Below, one piece after another: positions 53,335 through 64,000 of a DNA stretch of 64,000 nt. Location of the stretch: assembly GCA_963737065.1 (NCBI GenBank), contig CAVTRC010000001.1, forward strand, positions 32,001 to 96,000, read 5' to 3'. The DNA is from Candidatus Eremiobacteria bacterium. Lineage in GTDB: Bacteria; Vulcanimicrobiota; Vulcanimicrobiia; Vulcanimicrobiales; Vulcanimicrobiaceae. How positions within the stretch are numbered: the first letter of the stretch is position 1; every line of letters begins with the position of its first letter. The position numbers were made by a program, and so were the translations under genes. The notes beneath the pieces are model-generated. The model did no database searches and was not told the origin of the DNA. It saw only the letters and a list, made by a program, of their open reading frames with translations.

Positions 53335-55152
53335 ATGGTGGCCACGCGAACGCTTCACGAAGCGCTCAACCATCACTTTGGTTTTGAGACGTTTCGTCCA
53401 TTGCAGCAAGAGATCATCGAAGCGGCGCTCTCGGGCGCCGATGTGCTCGCGCTTCTTCCGACGGGAGGCGGCAAATCGCTGTGTTACCAACTGCCGGCGG
53501 TCGTCTCGCAGCGTTTGACGCTCGTCGTCTCGCCGTTGATCGCGCTCATGAAGGATCAAGTCGATGCGCTACGCGCCAACGGCATCGCTGCGACCTTCTT
53601 GAACAGTTCGCTCGATGCAACGCAAGCGCGCCGGCGGATTGCTGCGCTCGACCGCGGGGAGTATCGTATCCTCTACGCCGCCCCAGAACGAATCGTCTTG
53701 CCCGGCTTCCTTGCCGCGCTCGACCGCTGGAATATCGAGCGCATCGCGATCGACGAAGCGCACTGCGTCAGCGAGTGGGGCCACGACTTCCGTCCCGAAT
53801 ACCGGCAGATTGCATCGCTGCGCTCGCGTTTCCCGAACGTACCGCTCATTGCCTTAACCGCCACGGCAACCGACCGCGTGCGTTCCGACATCGAGCGTTT
53901 CCTAGAGATGCGCTCGCCGCAACGGTTCATTGGGACCTTCAACCGTGCCAACCTTCGTTACCACGTCTTCGATAAGACGGACGCATCGAGGCAATTGCTT
54001 GCGTGGTGCGAAGCGCGCAAAACGGAAAGCGGCATCGTGTACGCGCAAAGCCGCCGCGCCACGGAACAACTCGCGGAGCGCTTGTCCGCGGCCGGAATCG
54101 CCGCGCTTCCGTATCACGCTGGACTCGCGGCCGATCAGCGTGCGCGCAATCAAGAGCTCTTCATTCGTGACGAAGTCCGCGTCATCTGCGCCACGATCGC
54201 GTTCGGCATGGGCATCGATAAGCCTAACGTGCGCTACGTCGTGCACTACGACATGCCGAAGTCGCTGGAAGGCTACTATCAGGAAACCGGCCGTGCGGGC
54301 CGCGACGGGCTCGAGAGCGATTGCATGATGCTCTTCTCCGGCGGCGACGCGGCAAAGCACCGGCACTTCATCCGGCAGATTACCGATGACCGTGAACGCG
54401 AGCAGGCGGGACGGCTTCTTACGCAGATGCTGGATTTTGCGTCCGCAACGCGTTGTAGACGCAAGCATTTGCTGGAATATTTCGGCGAGTGCGGTTCTCC
54501 GGAACGGTGCGAAAACTGCGACAACTGCATCTCGCCGCCTCAAACAATGGACGCGACGGAAGCTGCGCGCAAACTCCTCTCGTGCGTTTATCGCATTCGC
54601 GCGCAGGGCGGATTCGCAACCGGCGCGCACCATGTCGCCGACGTACTGGTCGGCAAACGCACCGAAAAGGTGACGGCGTGGAATCACGACCGGCTCTCGA
54701 CGTTCGGGATCGGCACGGAGTACGACCGTAAGGATTGGATCGCCATGGCTTCCGATCTCATTCGACTCGGCTGGATCGACCAAGACGTCCTGCGCAAGAC
54801 GCTCGCACTTACCCAAGCCGGCCTTACGGCCTTACGTGAATCGTGCCCGTTCTTCTTCGCAAAACGTTCTCGCGTTAAGGGCAAGAAGGCACGCGCCGTG
54901 GAGCGGTCGTCGACGAGCGTTGCGGATGACGTCCTCTTCGAACGACTGCGCAGCGTTCGGAAGTCCATTGCGGATGAAGCGGGTGTGCCGCCCTACGTGG
55001 TCTTTTCGGACGCAACGCTGCGCGAGCTCTCCTCGCGCAAGCCGTCCACGCTTACGGCGTTTCGCGCGATCATCGGTGTCGGCGACGTCAAGCTCGAGCG
55101 ATACGGCGAGCAGTTCGTTGCAGCCATTCGTTCGGGAATGCACGAAGAATGA
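53335..55152 (+). CDS. recQ: ATP-dependent DNA helicase RecQ
   Basis: PTGGGKSLCYQ, DEAHC, ATIAFGMGIDK, QETGRAGRDG, Zn/RQC and HRDC domains. Confidence 0.96.
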   Translation: MVATRTLHEALNHHFGFETFRPLQQEIIEAALSGADVLALLPTGGGKSLCYQLPAVVSQRLTLVVSPLIALMKDQVDALRANGIAATFLNSSLDATQARRRIAALDRGEYRILYAAPERIVLPGFLAALDRWNIERIAIDEAHCVSEWGHDFRPEYRQIASLRSRFPNVPLIALTATATDRVRSDIERFLEMRSPQRFIGTFNRANLRYHVFDKTDASRQLLAWCEARKTESGIVYAQSRRATEQLAERLSAAGIAALPYHAGLAADQRARNQELFIRDEVRVICATIAFGMGIDKPNVRYVVHYDMPKSLEGYYQETGRAGRDGLESDCMMLFSGGDAAKHRHFIRQITDDREREQAGRLLTQMLDFASATRCRRKHLLEYFGECGSPERCENCDNCISPPQTMDATEAARKLLSCVYRIRAQGGFATGAHHVADVLVGKRTEKVTAWNHDRLSTFGIGTEYDRKDWIAMASDLIRLGWIDQDVLRKTLALTQAGLTALRESCPFFFAKRSRVKGKKARAVERSSTSVADDVLFERLRSVRKSIADEAGVPPYVVFSDATLRELSSRKPSTLTAFRAIIGVGDVKLERYGEQFVAAIRSGMHEE

Positions 55153-55156
55153 CGCT

Positions 55157-55450
55157 ATGAAACGTACACGCAAGACGTTCCTTGCCGACGCTGCCGCGGT
55201 CGGTGCAGTGACGCTCTTAGGCGCCGCTGCAGCGCCGAAAGCTTCTCCGACCGCGTCCCCGACGCCGTCGCCGGGCGCACTTGAAGCCGCTCGCGCAATG
55301 CGCCGCTTCGACCCCAATTTGAGCGACGAGCAGATCGCCGGCATCGCGCGCGGTATCGACGAGCAGAACGCCTCCGCAGCGCGCATCCGCAAGCGCATGC
55401 CGCTCCAGAACGGCAACGAGCCGACGCCGGAATTTAGGGTCGGCTCGTGA
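55157..55450 (+). CDS. small Tat-like protein coupled to amidase
   Basis: RTRKTFL signal-like N-terminus; stop overlaps amidase start. Confidence 0.6.
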   Translation: MKRTRKTFLADAAAVGAVTLLGAAAAPKASPTASPTPSPGALEAARAMRRFDPNLSDEQIAGIARGIDEQNASAARIRKRMPLQNGNEPTPEFRVGS

Positions 55451-56841
55451 CGAATGACGACGTGGCATTTTCCGATGCTACAACGCTCGGTGAAATGATC
55501 GCGGGCAAGAAGATCAGTTCGACCGAGGTGACCCGCCTTTATCTTGCGCGTCTCGAGAAGTACGGCCCGCACTATAACGCGATCGTCACGATCCTTCACG
55601 AGCGCGCATTGCGCGAAGCGAAGACGGCTGATAGCGAGCTCGCGCGCGGGATTCGACGGAGCGCACTGCACGGTGTACCGTACGGCGTGAAAGATTTGCT
55701 TGCGGCGATCGGCGGTCCAACGACGTGGGGAGCCGCACCGTATCGCAATCAAGTATTCGATTATGATGCAACGATCCTCGAGCGGCTAAGAGCTGCGGGT
55801 TGCGTGCTTCTCGGTAAGCTCGCGATGGTCGAACTGGCAGGCGGCCTCGGATACAATGACGCCGACGCGTCGTTCACGGGTCCCGGACGGACGCCCTGGA
55901 ATCGCAACTATTGGAGCGGCGGAAGCTCGAGCGGACCGGGCGCATGCGTTGCCGCAGGACTCGTCGGCTTTGCAATTGGTTCGGAAACCAATGGTTCGAT
56001 CATGACGCCTTCGGCCATGTGCGGCGTCAGCGGACTTCGGCCGACGTTCGGCCGTGTCAGCCGCTACGGCGCGATGGCGCTGATGTGGAGTTCGGACAAA
56101 CTGGGGCCAATGGCGCGATCGGCCCGCGACACGGACGCAGTTCTGCGCCTGATCTCCGGAAGCGATCCGCGCGACTCGACAGCGCGCACGCAACCGTTTC
56201 ATACCGGCTCACGCCATCCGAAGATCGGCGTGATCGCGCGCAGCACTGAAAAATCACAGCCGGCCGTCGTTCGCAACTTCGATGAATCGTTGGGCGTTTT
56301 ACGCGAATTCGCCGACGTACGCACCGGCGTCGCGCTTCCGAACCACCCGTACGGCGCGGTGCTCGGTACGCTGCTCAATGGCGAATGCGCTTCGGCGTTT
56401 CGCGAGTTGATCGAGAGCGGGCGCTGCCGCGAACTACAGAGTAAAGACGATCGGATCGGCGGATACATACAGTATGCAAGTCTCGCCGTCGACTATGTCG
56501 ACGCAATGCGAGCGCGCACATCGATCGATCGCGACGTGCGCACCGTACTGTCGACGTATGATGCGCTTGTTTTTCCGACGCTTCCGACCGTCGCTTATCC
56601 CATCGGCATCCCGTTCGACCACGCTTACACAGAGGCGCCCGGCGCGGTCGATCCGATCACGCCGGGGAACCTCGCCGGTGTTCCGGCGCTGAGCGTGCCG
56701 AACGGATTCGGCGAGCACGGGCTGCCGACAGGCCTAGGCTTTCTCGGGAACGCTTGGGCCGAAATCGCGCTAACGGATATCGCCGCGCAGTATCAACAGC
56801 GGACCTCGTATCACACGAAGCGTCCGCCGTCGAGCACGTAG
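55447..56841 (+). CDS. amidase signature family protein (GatA-like)
   Basis: LHGVPYGVKD, GGSSSG, GSETNGSIMTPS. Confidence 0.92.
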   Translation: MTNDDVAFSDATTLGEMIAGKKISSTEVTRLYLARLEKYGPHYNAIVTILHERALREAKTADSELARGIRRSALHGVPYGVKDLLAAIGGPTTWGAAPYRNQVFDYDATILERLRAAGCVLLGKLAMVELAGGLGYNDADASFTGPGRTPWNRNYWSGGSSSGPGACVAAGLVGFAIGSETNGSIMTPSAMCGVSGLRPTFGRVSRYGAMALMWSSDKLGPMARSARDTDAVLRLISGSDPRDSTARTQPFHTGSRHPKIGVIARSTEKSQPAVVRNFDESLGVLREFADVRTGVALPNHPYGAVLGTLLNGECASAFRELIESGRCRELQSKDDRIGGYIQYASLAVDYVDAMRARTSIDRDVRTVLSTYDALVFPTLPTVAYPIGIPFDHAYTEAPGAVDPITPGNLAGVPALSVPNGFGEHGLPTGLGFLGNAWAEIALTDIAAQYQQRTSYHTKRPPSST

Positions 56842-56907
56842 CCCCGTTGTCGTGCCAATAAACCAGTTATCAAGCGAAAGTTAAGGTATCCAGTGAACAA
56901 TGCTCGT

Positions 56908-57444
56908 ATGAGAACTTCCGTCTTTTTCGCGAGCATCGCATTCGCTGCAGCCGTCGCGGCGCCCGCGTTTGCGCAAAGTCCGTCCACCGAACCGTCGCCG
57001 AATCCCCAAATGCGTCAGCAATTCCGAGCGATGCATCAGCAGTTGGACGACATTCACGCGCAAGCGCGCGCGCAGATGCTTGATGCGCTCACGCCCGCGC
57101 ACCGTCAGTTACTTGCAACGATTGCCGGCGAACTGGCCACATCCTCGACGCCGGACTATCGCGGTGCGGCAGCGCGGCTCGATGCGGCGCTTTCTTCATC
57201 AGAGAAGCAAGCGATTCTTAGCGCATCGCAATCGGCCCGCGACAAGATGCGATCGGCGATGCAAAGCGCGCGCGAGCGAATGTCGCAAAACGGCGGACCA
57301 CCGATGGGTCCCGATGAACGGATGGGACCGCCCGGAGGACCGCTTCATACGCGGCACACGCCGAGCGCCGGTGAGATTCTTCTCCGCACGGCGATGGGTG
57401 GTGTTGGTATGGACATGCATATTCGAGGCTCGATGCGACCGTAA
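56908..57444 (+). CDS. secreted helical hypothetical protein (Spy/CpxP-like)
   Basis: signal peptide APAFAQ, LTPAHR motif, Met/Gly/Pro-rich tail. Confidence 0.6.
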   Translation: MRTSVFFASIAFAAAVAAPAFAQSPSTEPSPNPQMRQQFRAMHQQLDDIHAQARAQMLDALTPAHRQLLATIAGELATSSTPDYRGAAARLDAALSSSEKQAILSASQSARDKMRSAMQSARERMSQNGGPPMGPDERMGPPGGPLHTRHTPSAGEILLRTAMGGVGMDMHIRGSMRP

Positions 57445-57465
57445 CGTTCGTGATACACTGCGCGC

Positions 57466-58743
57466 ATGAGTGTATCGGTCGATCGTTCAGCGGCGGTCGC
57501 CTCAGACAATGTCTGGGAGATGGCGCAACAGCAACTTGACGAAGTCGCGCAGCTTATTGGCCTCAGCGACGCGATTCACGAATACCTGAGGGTTCCAAAA
57601 CGTGTTCTCGAAGTCTCCGTTCCCGTCAAAATGGACAACGGCGACTTCCGCATGTACGCGGGATATCGCGTGCAGCACAACATGTCGCGCGGACCGGGGA
57701 AAGGCGGCATTCGCTTTCATCCCGACGTGACGCTCGATGAAGTCAAAGCGCTCGCGATGTGGATGACGTGGAAATGCGCGCTCGTCAACATTCCGTTCGG
57801 CGGCGCAAAAGGCGGCGTCATTTGCGATCCGAAATCGATGTCGCTGCAAGAGCTCGAAAACCTGACGCGGCGGTTCACGAGCGAAATCTCGATCATCATC
57901 GGACCCGAAAAAGACATCCCGGCACCCGACGTCTATACGACGCCGCAAATTATGGCGTGGATCATGGACACGTTCTCGATGCAGCACGGTTACTCAATCC
58001 CCGGCGTCGTTACGGGCAAGCCGCTTGCGATCGGCGGCTCGCTCGGACGCGATAAAGCAACGGCGCGGGGCTGCATGTACGTCGTCGATGAAGCGATCAA
58101 CGTGCAAGGACGCGCGGTCGAAGGTACGCGCGTCGCGATTCAAGGCTTCGGTAATGCCGGGTTGCATGCCGCCGACTTGATGAGCAAACGGGGATACGTC
58201 ATCGTCGCGGCTTCCGATTCCCGCGGCGGCGTCGCAAATCCAAAGGGACTCGACGTCACGGGACTGATCGCGCACAAAGCCGAGACGGGCTCCGTCGCGG
58301 GATTCTCGGGTGCGGAACGCGTCACGAACGCGGACGTCCTCGAATACGACTGCGATGTGCTCGTTCCAGCAGCTTTAGAAAAGGTCATCACGGCTGGGAA
58401 CGCATCGCGTATTCGCGCGAAGATCGTCGCGGAAGCAGCGAACGGGCCGACGCTGCCGGAAGCCGACGACATTCTCTTCGAACGCGGCATCACGGTCTTA
58501 CCCGATATCCTCGCGAATGCGGGCGGCGTTACGGTTTCGTACTTCGAGTGGGTGCAAGATTTACAAGAAAACTTCTGGGAAGAGAACGAAATCAACGATC
58601 GGCTCAAACGCAAGATGACCCGTGCTTTCAATGAAGCGCACGAGCAATCACGGCGTCACGGCGTCAACATGCGCAAGGGCGCGTACGCGGTCGCCGTAGA
58701 CCGCGTCGCCGAAGCAACCAAACTTCGCGGATTGTATCCGTAG
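57466..58743 (+). CDS. gdhA: Glu/Leu/Phe/Val dehydrogenase (glutamate dehydrogenase)
   Basis: GPGKGGIRF, GGAKGG, DIPAPD, QGFGNAG, EAANGP, NAGGVTVSYFEW. Confidence 0.93.
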   Translation: MSVSVDRSAAVASDNVWEMAQQQLDEVAQLIGLSDAIHEYLRVPKRVLEVSVPVKMDNGDFRMYAGYRVQHNMSRGPGKGGIRFHPDVTLDEVKALAMWMTWKCALVNIPFGGAKGGVICDPKSMSLQELENLTRRFTSEISIIIGPEKDIPAPDVYTTPQIMAWIMDTFSMQHGYSIPGVVTGKPLAIGGSLGRDKATARGCMYVVDEAINVQGRAVEGTRVAIQGFGNAGLHAADLMSKRGYVIVAASDSRGGVANPKGLDVTGLIAHKAETGSVAGFSGAERVTNADVLEYDCDVLVPAALEKVITAGNASRIRAKIVAEAANGPTLPEADDILFERGITVLPDILANAGGVTVSYFEWVQDLQENFWEENEINDRLKRKMTRAFNEAHEQSRRHGVNMRKGAYAVAVDRVAEATKLRGLYP

Positions 58744-58843
58744 CTGCGTCGAAGCCGGTCGCCCGTTGCTAAACTGCACCTTACCGCGAAGCGATGCCGC
58801 CACCAGCGGGTACACAATGCCGAGAAGGAGAGCAGCGCATAGC

Positions 58844-59452
58844 ATGACGACACAAGACAGTAACTTCGGCCGGAACTTCCAGGGCGGCGTGTACTACGAT
58901 CGCGACAGCGCCGAGAGCGCGGTGAATCGGTTGAGCAAGATGGGATATGACCGCAACGACATTAGCGTCATGGCGCGCGATCCCGAGCGCGCGCGCGCGT
59001 TTGCCGATGAAACCGGGACGAAAGCGACGGAGGGAACCATCGCCGGCGGCGTTATCGGCGGCGCACTTGGTGCGATTGTTGCCGGCCTTACCGCTACGGG
59101 AAGTATCGCAGCGATCGCCGGCACAGGCGGTGCTGCTGCTCCGCTCGTCGCCGGTCCGCTCGCCGCGGCGCTTGCCGGTTTAGGCGGCGGCGGCCTGGTC
59201 GGCGGGATCATCGGAGCGCTCGTCGGCGCAGGCATTCCCGAAGACCGCGCGCGCGAATATGAGGACGGTTTAAATCGAGGCGGTATGTTGATCGGCGTTA
59301 CGCCGCGCACCGATCACCCCGACGACGTACGTGACCTCTTCTCTGGTGCGCCCGCAACAACCAGTGAACGTGGAGATGCGGGCACCTTGTCACCCCAAAG
59401 CGCAAGCGAATATGGAGCGAGCGGCTCCACGAGCGCAAACAAAAATGTTTAG
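58844..59452 (+). CDS. Gly-zipper general stress membrane protein
   Basis: A..AV..L...GY....ISV, GxxxG tracts, GALVGAGIPE..A..YE. Confidence 0.75.
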   Translation: MTTQDSNFGRNFQGGVYYDRDSAESAVNRLSKMGYDRNDISVMARDPERARAFADETGTKATEGTIAGGVIGGALGAIVAGLTATGSIAAIAGTGGAAAPLVAGPLAAALAGLGGGGLVGGIIGALVGAGIPEDRAREYEDGLNRGGMLIGVTPRTDHPDDVRDLFSGAPATTSERGDAGTLSPQSASEYGASGSTSANKNV

Positions 59453-59760
59453 CGCTTCGCGCGCCTCGGAATACTTACATCGTCAAGTAAATGTCAAAGG
59501 TTAGTCCAATGGCGTAGCAAGGCACGGAGCCGGTTCTTACCGGCTCCGTTTTCGTTGCTGCGCGTTTCGGGTACGGGTGACGCATGGCAGAAGTGTTTGG
59601 TCATCAAGGGCAGCGCGTTCCCGAGTCGGGACAATATGAATGCGCCGAGTGCGGCCACCGCGAGCACTTCAACGCGGACGACGTCTTTCCGCAAGATCAT
59701 CATCCGCAACGGCCCTGGACGCTCTACGTGCGCGACGAGGCACCAACGCGAAAGTAGCGA

Positions 59761-60654
59761 TTACTCCGGCGCTTCGCTGAGGTGTTGAGCGTAATCGCGC
59801 GGATCGAAATACCACCCCGGCAATTGAAGCGGAAAGACCAAGTCTTTGAAATCGTAATCGACGACTTGGCCGTCGCCGTCGTACCCGCCGTACACCACAC
59901 CGTGAATGTGCGTTATCACCGGAACCGAGTGAAACATCTCAAAGTTCACCGTGAACAACACGGGATAGATCGGTCCGTTTTCGACGAAGAGTTTGTCGGT
60001 TGCAACGAGTTTGCGCAGATCGAGCGTCTTTGCATCGACCCATAGCTCACGCAGACGGTTGCGGTCGGGTTGGCGGCGCGGCTGCAGCTTCACATGTATC
60101 TGGTCGCCTTCACGATTGATCTCGGTCACGCGGTAGTCGAACTCGCCGCGCGCGCGAACGGTCGCAATGACGGGTGGAAGCGACGCTTCCGGTGTTGGAA
60201 CGAAGTTCGGCGGCAGCGTATGCAGCGGCGCCGGTTCAAAGACGTCGGCCGTCGGCGGACCAGGATCCGTCGCCTGATTGAACAGCGGCCGCTCGAATCG
60301 CATTTGGCCGATATCGCCGAGCTCCGTTTCGCGCCGCTCGAGCGCAGCGTGATCGTACGAACGATACCACACGTGGTCGGTGTAACTATTCGCGTAGTCG
60401 GGATATCCGTAGTTGGTTTCTTGCTTGCGCACGATGACGTACGTTTCGAACGGCGGCGGTGGGCGATGCGACCGGAAGCGGTTGCGGATTGCTGCCAGGA
60501 GATCGTCCGGAGACATGGACGGCGCCGGCGCAGCAGCCACCGCGTGGACGGTCTGAGCGCCCGCGTGCGCAAACGCAACGAAAAATGATACGCCGAGCAA
60601 TAGCGCGACGAGCCACGGCATCACTCGAGGGCGTGAGTTCATTCCATAAGACAT
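59761..60654 (-). CDS. secreted hypothetical protein
   Basis: signal peptide, Pro-rich linker, RLRELWVD. Confidence 0.65.
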   Translation of the reverse strand: MSYGMNSRPRVMPWLVALLLGVSFFVAFAHAGAQTVHAVAAAPAPSMSPDDLLAAIRNRFRSHRPPPPFETYVIVRKQETNYGYPDYANSYTDHVWYRSYDHAALERRETELGDIGQMRFERPLFNQATDPGPPTADVFEPAPLHTLPPNFVPTPEASLPPVIATVRARGEFDYRVTEINREGDQIHVKLQPRRQPDRNRLRELWVDAKTLDLRKLVATDKLFVENGPIYPVLFTVNFEMFHSVPVITHIHGVVYGGYDGDGQVVDYDFKDLVFPLQLPGWYFDPRDYAQHLSEAPE

Positions 60655-60734
60655 ACTTCGCTCTTCCTAACGATTCCTGAGGGTCAGGCGTTACTTTCCA
60701 TCTGGATCCGCCTTTCGGGCGTTACCGAGGTACA

Positions 60735-61373
60735 ATGAAACGCCGAATCAGCGGAATCGCCTTTGCGCTTGCACTGCTCTTTCACCCGGTCGCGGCTGCG
60801 GCTGCTACGCAACACGTAGTTTTGGCCGGGGGCTGCTTTTGGGGAATGCAGGCCGTGTTCGAATCGCTCAAGGGCGTGCAACGCGTCGTGGCGGGGTTCT
60901 CGGGCGGAGCGGGCGCGACGGCGCATTATGCGATCGTGAGCACCGGCGCGACCGGGCACGCGGAATCGGTCGACGTCACGTACGATCCGGCGCAAATCTC
61001 ATTCGAGAAACTGTTGGACGTCTATTTTCTCGTTGCGCACGATCCGACGGAATTAAACTATCAAGGCCCCGATGAAGGAACGCAATATCGCTCCGAGATC
61101 TTCTACACGTCGGACGCGCAGCGCGCCCAAGCGCAGGCGTATATCGCGTCGCTCGAGCGCCGTCATGTCTTTCACGCGCCGATCGTCACGAAGCTCGAGC
61201 CTCTCCAGGGATTCTATGCGGCCGAAGGCTACCATCAGGACTATCTCGTGCACAATCCCGACAGTCCGTACATCGTCTACAACGACATGCCGAAGCTGCG
61301 GACGCTCGAAGAGAAGTATCCATCGCTCGTCAAAGCCGACAGCGCGCCGATGAAGGTACTAGCGCGGCGCTAG
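60735..61373 (+). CDS. msrA: exported peptide-methionine (S)-S-oxide reductase
   Basis: GGCFWG, TGHAE, HDPT, QGPD.GTQYRS, AE.YHQDY. Confidence 0.95.
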   Translation: MKRRISGIAFALALLFHPVAAAAATQHVVLAGGCFWGMQAVFESLKGVQRVVAGFSGGAGATAHYAIVSTGATGHAESVDVTYDPAQISFEKLLDVYFLVAHDPTELNYQGPDEGTQYRSEIFYTSDAQRAQAQAYIASLERRHVFHAPIVTKLEPLQGFYAAEGYHQDYLVHNPDSPYIVYNDMPKLRTLEEKYPSLVKADSAPMKVLARR

Positions 61374-62123
61374 ACGGATCGCGCCATCCAGACGAATCAC
61401 TTCGCCGTTGAGCATCTGATTCTCGATGATGTGACGCATGAGCGATGCGTATTCGGCCGGACGTCCGAGCCGCGCGGGGTAGGGCGTCTGCTTTCCGAGC
61501 GATTCACGCGCGGCTTCCGGCAATCCGGCAAGCATCGGCGTATCGAAAATGCCGGGCGCAATGGAGCAAACGCGGATCCGGCTCTGTGCGAATTCACGGG
61601 CGAGCGGCAGCGTCATGCCGATCACGCCGCCTTTTGAGGCGGAATACGCGACCTGCCCGATCTGTCCGTCGAACGCAGCGACTGACGCCGTGCAGACGAT
61701 CACGCCGCGATCTTCATCAGGTTGCGACGGCTGCTCCATCATCCGCGCTGCGGCGAGCCGGATCACATTGAACGTCCCGATCAAGTTGACCGACACGACC
61801 TTCGTGAAATGCGCGAGCGGCTGCGGGCCTTCTTTGCCCACGGCGCGTTCCGCTGTTGCAATCCCGGCGCAGTTGATCGCTCCGTGCACGCCGCCGAACG
61901 CGTTCACGGCTATCGCAATCGCGTCGGAAACCTGCGCTTCATCGGTAACATCGGCCTTGCAGAAACGAACGCGCTCACCGAGTTCGCTTGCGAGCTGCGC
62001 TCCGTGGGCGCCGATATCCAAAATTACAATGCGGCCGCCCGCACCATGCAGCTCGCGCACGCAAGCGGCTCCTAAACCGGAACTTCCACCCGTGACAAGA
62101 AATGTTTTCCCCGCGATATTCAC
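61359..62123 (-). CDS. SDR, type-2 3-hydroxyacyl-CoA dehydrogenase-like
   Basis: [32 protein letters not shown]. Confidence 0.92.
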   Translation of the reverse strand: MNIAGKTFLVTGGSSGLGAACVRELHGAGGRIVILDIGAHGAQLASELGERVRFCKADVTDEAQVSDAIAIAVNAFGGVHGAINCAGIATAERAVGKEGPQPLAHFTKVVSVNLIGTFNVIRLAAARMMEQPSQPDEDRGVIVCTASVAAFDGQIGQVAYSASKGGVIGMTLPLAREFAQSRIRVCSIAPGIFDTPMLAGLPEAARESLGKQTPYPARLGRPAEYASLMRHIIENQMLNGEVIRLDGAIRLAPR

Positions 62124-62168
62124 TGCAGCGATTCCCCTCTGTTCACATGAATCATCGAACCGCAGCGT

Positions 62169-63011
62169 TCATCGCACGGCCGCGATCGGGACGTCGTGTC
62201 GTTCCGCCAGCTGCTCCCATTCGCGCGCGCTCCGCCGCACGAACGCGTCGCGCAACGCGTCGCGCGTCAGATTCGTAATGCCGAGCAGCGAGCGGAGACG
62301 ATCGACGAAATGTGGCTCGAGCGCCGCGACCGCTACCCATCCGTCTTCCGCCGGATAGATCGCGTACGCCGGCAGCGCGCCGCCGAGCGATCCATCGTCG
62401 CGCGTCAAGCCCTGCACGTACGGCTGCGCGAATGCACGGGCACAATCGACGATGCTTACATTCGCAAAGGTGCCTTCACCCGTGCGCGCGCGCTTCACAA
62501 GCGACGCAAGCGCGACCGACACAACGCGTTCGGCCGCGGCCATGTCGCCGACCAGTGCGCGCGGCAGCGCCGGCGGCGTAACCGTTCCGGCACGTGCCTG
62601 ATACGTTAAATCGTGCCCAGGACGATCGTCGTCCGGCGGCGCTTCGCCGGTCAGCGAAATCATCGAGAGCGCGGGATGTTGCGCATGCAGGTGTTCCCAC
62701 TGCAATCCGATGCGCTCGAGCGATCTCGCGCGCATTGCGGTCAGCACGACATCGGCTCGTTGCAGATGCGCGTCGAGCACGGCGCGCGCCCCGCGCTCGC
62801 GAAAATCGAGTTGAACGATCTCGATTCCGGTCGCCAGGCGCGCGTACCATTGCGGGGCCGCTTCGGCGAGCGGATCGCCGCGCGCCGGTTCGATTTTCGT
62901 AACGCGCGCGCCGAACTCGCGCAGCCGCGCTGCAGCAACGGGTCCCGGAATGTTGGTCGTCAGCGCAACGACATGGACGCCGTCCAACGCGCCGGCGAGA
63001 TCATGGATCAT
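62169..63011 (-). CDS. CaiB/BaiF family III CoA-transferase
   Basis: PGP.A...L..FGA.V.KIEP..GDP, GHDLTYQA. Confidence 0.88.
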   Translation of the reverse strand: MIHDLAGALDGVHVVALTTNIPGPVAAARLREFGARVTKIEPARGDPLAEAAPQWYARLATGIEIVQLDFRERGARAVLDAHLQRADVVLTAMRARSLERIGLQWEHLHAQHPALSMISLTGEAPPDDDRPGHDLTYQARAGTVTPPALPRALVGDMAAAERVVSVALASLVKRARTGEGTFANVSIVDCARAFAQPYVQGLTRDDGSLGGALPAYAIYPAEDGWVAVAALEPHFVDRLRSLLGITNLTRDALRDAFVRRSAREWEQLAERHDVPIAAVR

Positions 63012-63478
63012 CGGCTCCGTGATTCGACGCGCGCTGCACGCGACATGTAAAACGTTACCGGCAGCGCATAGAACACGATGTGCGGGATCAAGCCTTGCAC
63101 GAACGCCGGTTCCCACGGAGAGCCGGTCTTCATCGCAACGATCGACTGCATGAGCCCATCGACGACGATGCCCCACACGACTGCACCGGCAATCCAATTC
63201 TTCAACTGCCCGAGCGCGCCGAACAGATACGCGTAAAGAACGGCCCACGCGATGGAAACGATGAAGTGCACGATGAAGCCGAGCGCTGCGTACGACGGTG
63301 AGGCAAACGCGGCTTCACCCACGATCGTCGAAGCGATGAACTGCCAAATGGCGACGGGCGAACGATGCCCGGAAATTGCCAGGAATACGTCGATGACGAT
63401 CCCGCCGATAACGCCGGCGATCGCCGCGTGTCCCAAAAGTGACGTCCTGGAAATCGAGCGCGCGTTACTCGCGGCCAT
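63008..63478 (-). CDS. membrane hypothetical protein
   Basis: 4 TM segments, GFIVHF.VS..WA, HIVF. Confidence 0.7.
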   Translation of the reverse strand: MAASNARSISRTSLLGHAAIAGVIGGIVIDVFLAISGHRSPVAIWQFIASTIVGEAAFASPSYAALGFIVHFIVSIAWAVLYAYLFGALGQLKNWIAGAVVWGIVVDGLMQSIVAMKTGSPWEPAFVQGLIPHIVFYALPVTFYMSRAARVESRSR

Positions 63479-63578
63479 AATGCTTCTCCTTACGAATGGT
63501 AGCTTTACGCCGACTCTATAAACGTATTTATAGTAAGTCAATAGGCGCGCGATATAAAAAAGCGAACGACCGTTCGTC

Positions 63579-64000
63579 GTGCCCAAGCGTAAATCACCGC
63601 GGAGAAAACGAGCGTCGCGCGCCGGGTGGCCGGTTCTCCTTCTCCTCGTGATCATCGCAGTGGCGGCGGGCTGGTATCTGCTCGGACCGACGACCCATTC
63701 TCCGAACCAGCCGGTCGTCAGCGAAGAAACGGCCGAACCGACCGAGGCTGCGACCGAAACACCGCTGCCTACGGAGACGTCCGAAGCGAGTGAAACGCCG
63801 TCGGTGGTGACGACGCCGGCCGAAACGCCGAGCGCCGCCGCAACGGCAATAGCGTCCGTTCCGCCGCGCGCCGCGAATCCGAACGCGCCGAAACTCGCGC
63901 TCATCATCGACGATTGCGGTCAGTGGTTACCGACCGAACGCCGATTCATCGCATTGCCGGTTCCGCTGACGCTTTCGGTGCTACCCCACGTCCACGGCTC
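63579..64000 (+). CDS. divergent polysaccharide deacetylase (YibQ-like), 3' truncated
   Basis: TM anchor, PTE-rich linker, KLALIIDDCG...LPVPLTLSVLP; absent from ORF track because it has no stop in the window. Confidence 0.85.
   Translation, partial: MPKRKSPRRKRASRAGWPVLLLLVIIAVAAGWYLLGPTTHSPNQPVVSEETAEPTEAATETPLPTETSEASETPSVVTTPAETPSAAATAIASVPPRAANPNAPKLALIIDDCGQWLPTERRFIALPVPLTLSVLPHVHG

Noticed and set aside
59494..59709. 71-aa ORF
   Set aside because: Only a weak hydrophobic stretch; coding status unsupported

Overview
GC-rich bacterial chromosome segment from a diderm (LptF/G permease present). Gene style suggests a soil lineage such as Eremiobacterota/Vulcanimicrobiota, which is inference only. 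1-30.3 kb and about 51-64 kb are mostly housekeeping: tyrosine catabolism (hmgA, fahA, hppD), deoC and aldehyde dehydrogenases, a sulfoxide synthase, icd, serA, tRNA-Ser, aroE, recQ, gdhA and msrA. A class II ribonucleotide reductase (nrdJ) carries three LAGLIDADG inteins and several single-base indels. Directly at the nrdJ stop codon an approximately 18.3 kb island begins (30318-48585), bounded by TAGCTAAA direct repeats. It is headed by a three-gene module: a tyrosine recombinase, an XRE-HTH protein, and a protein with 8 tandem C4 zinc-ribbon repeats fused to a degenerate recombinase fold. The island holds nested IS elements. Two different IS110 elements have readable bridge-RNA guide loops: one matches the DITYI catalytic codons of the IS3 it interrupts, the other matches the terminal repeat of the IS21 it interrupts. 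Each forms a sigma70-type promoter with 17-bp spacing on circularisation. Scattered 1-nt indels suggest long-read consensus errors. No CRISPR array or rRNA was seen. All calls come from motif recognition by eye; no database search was run.
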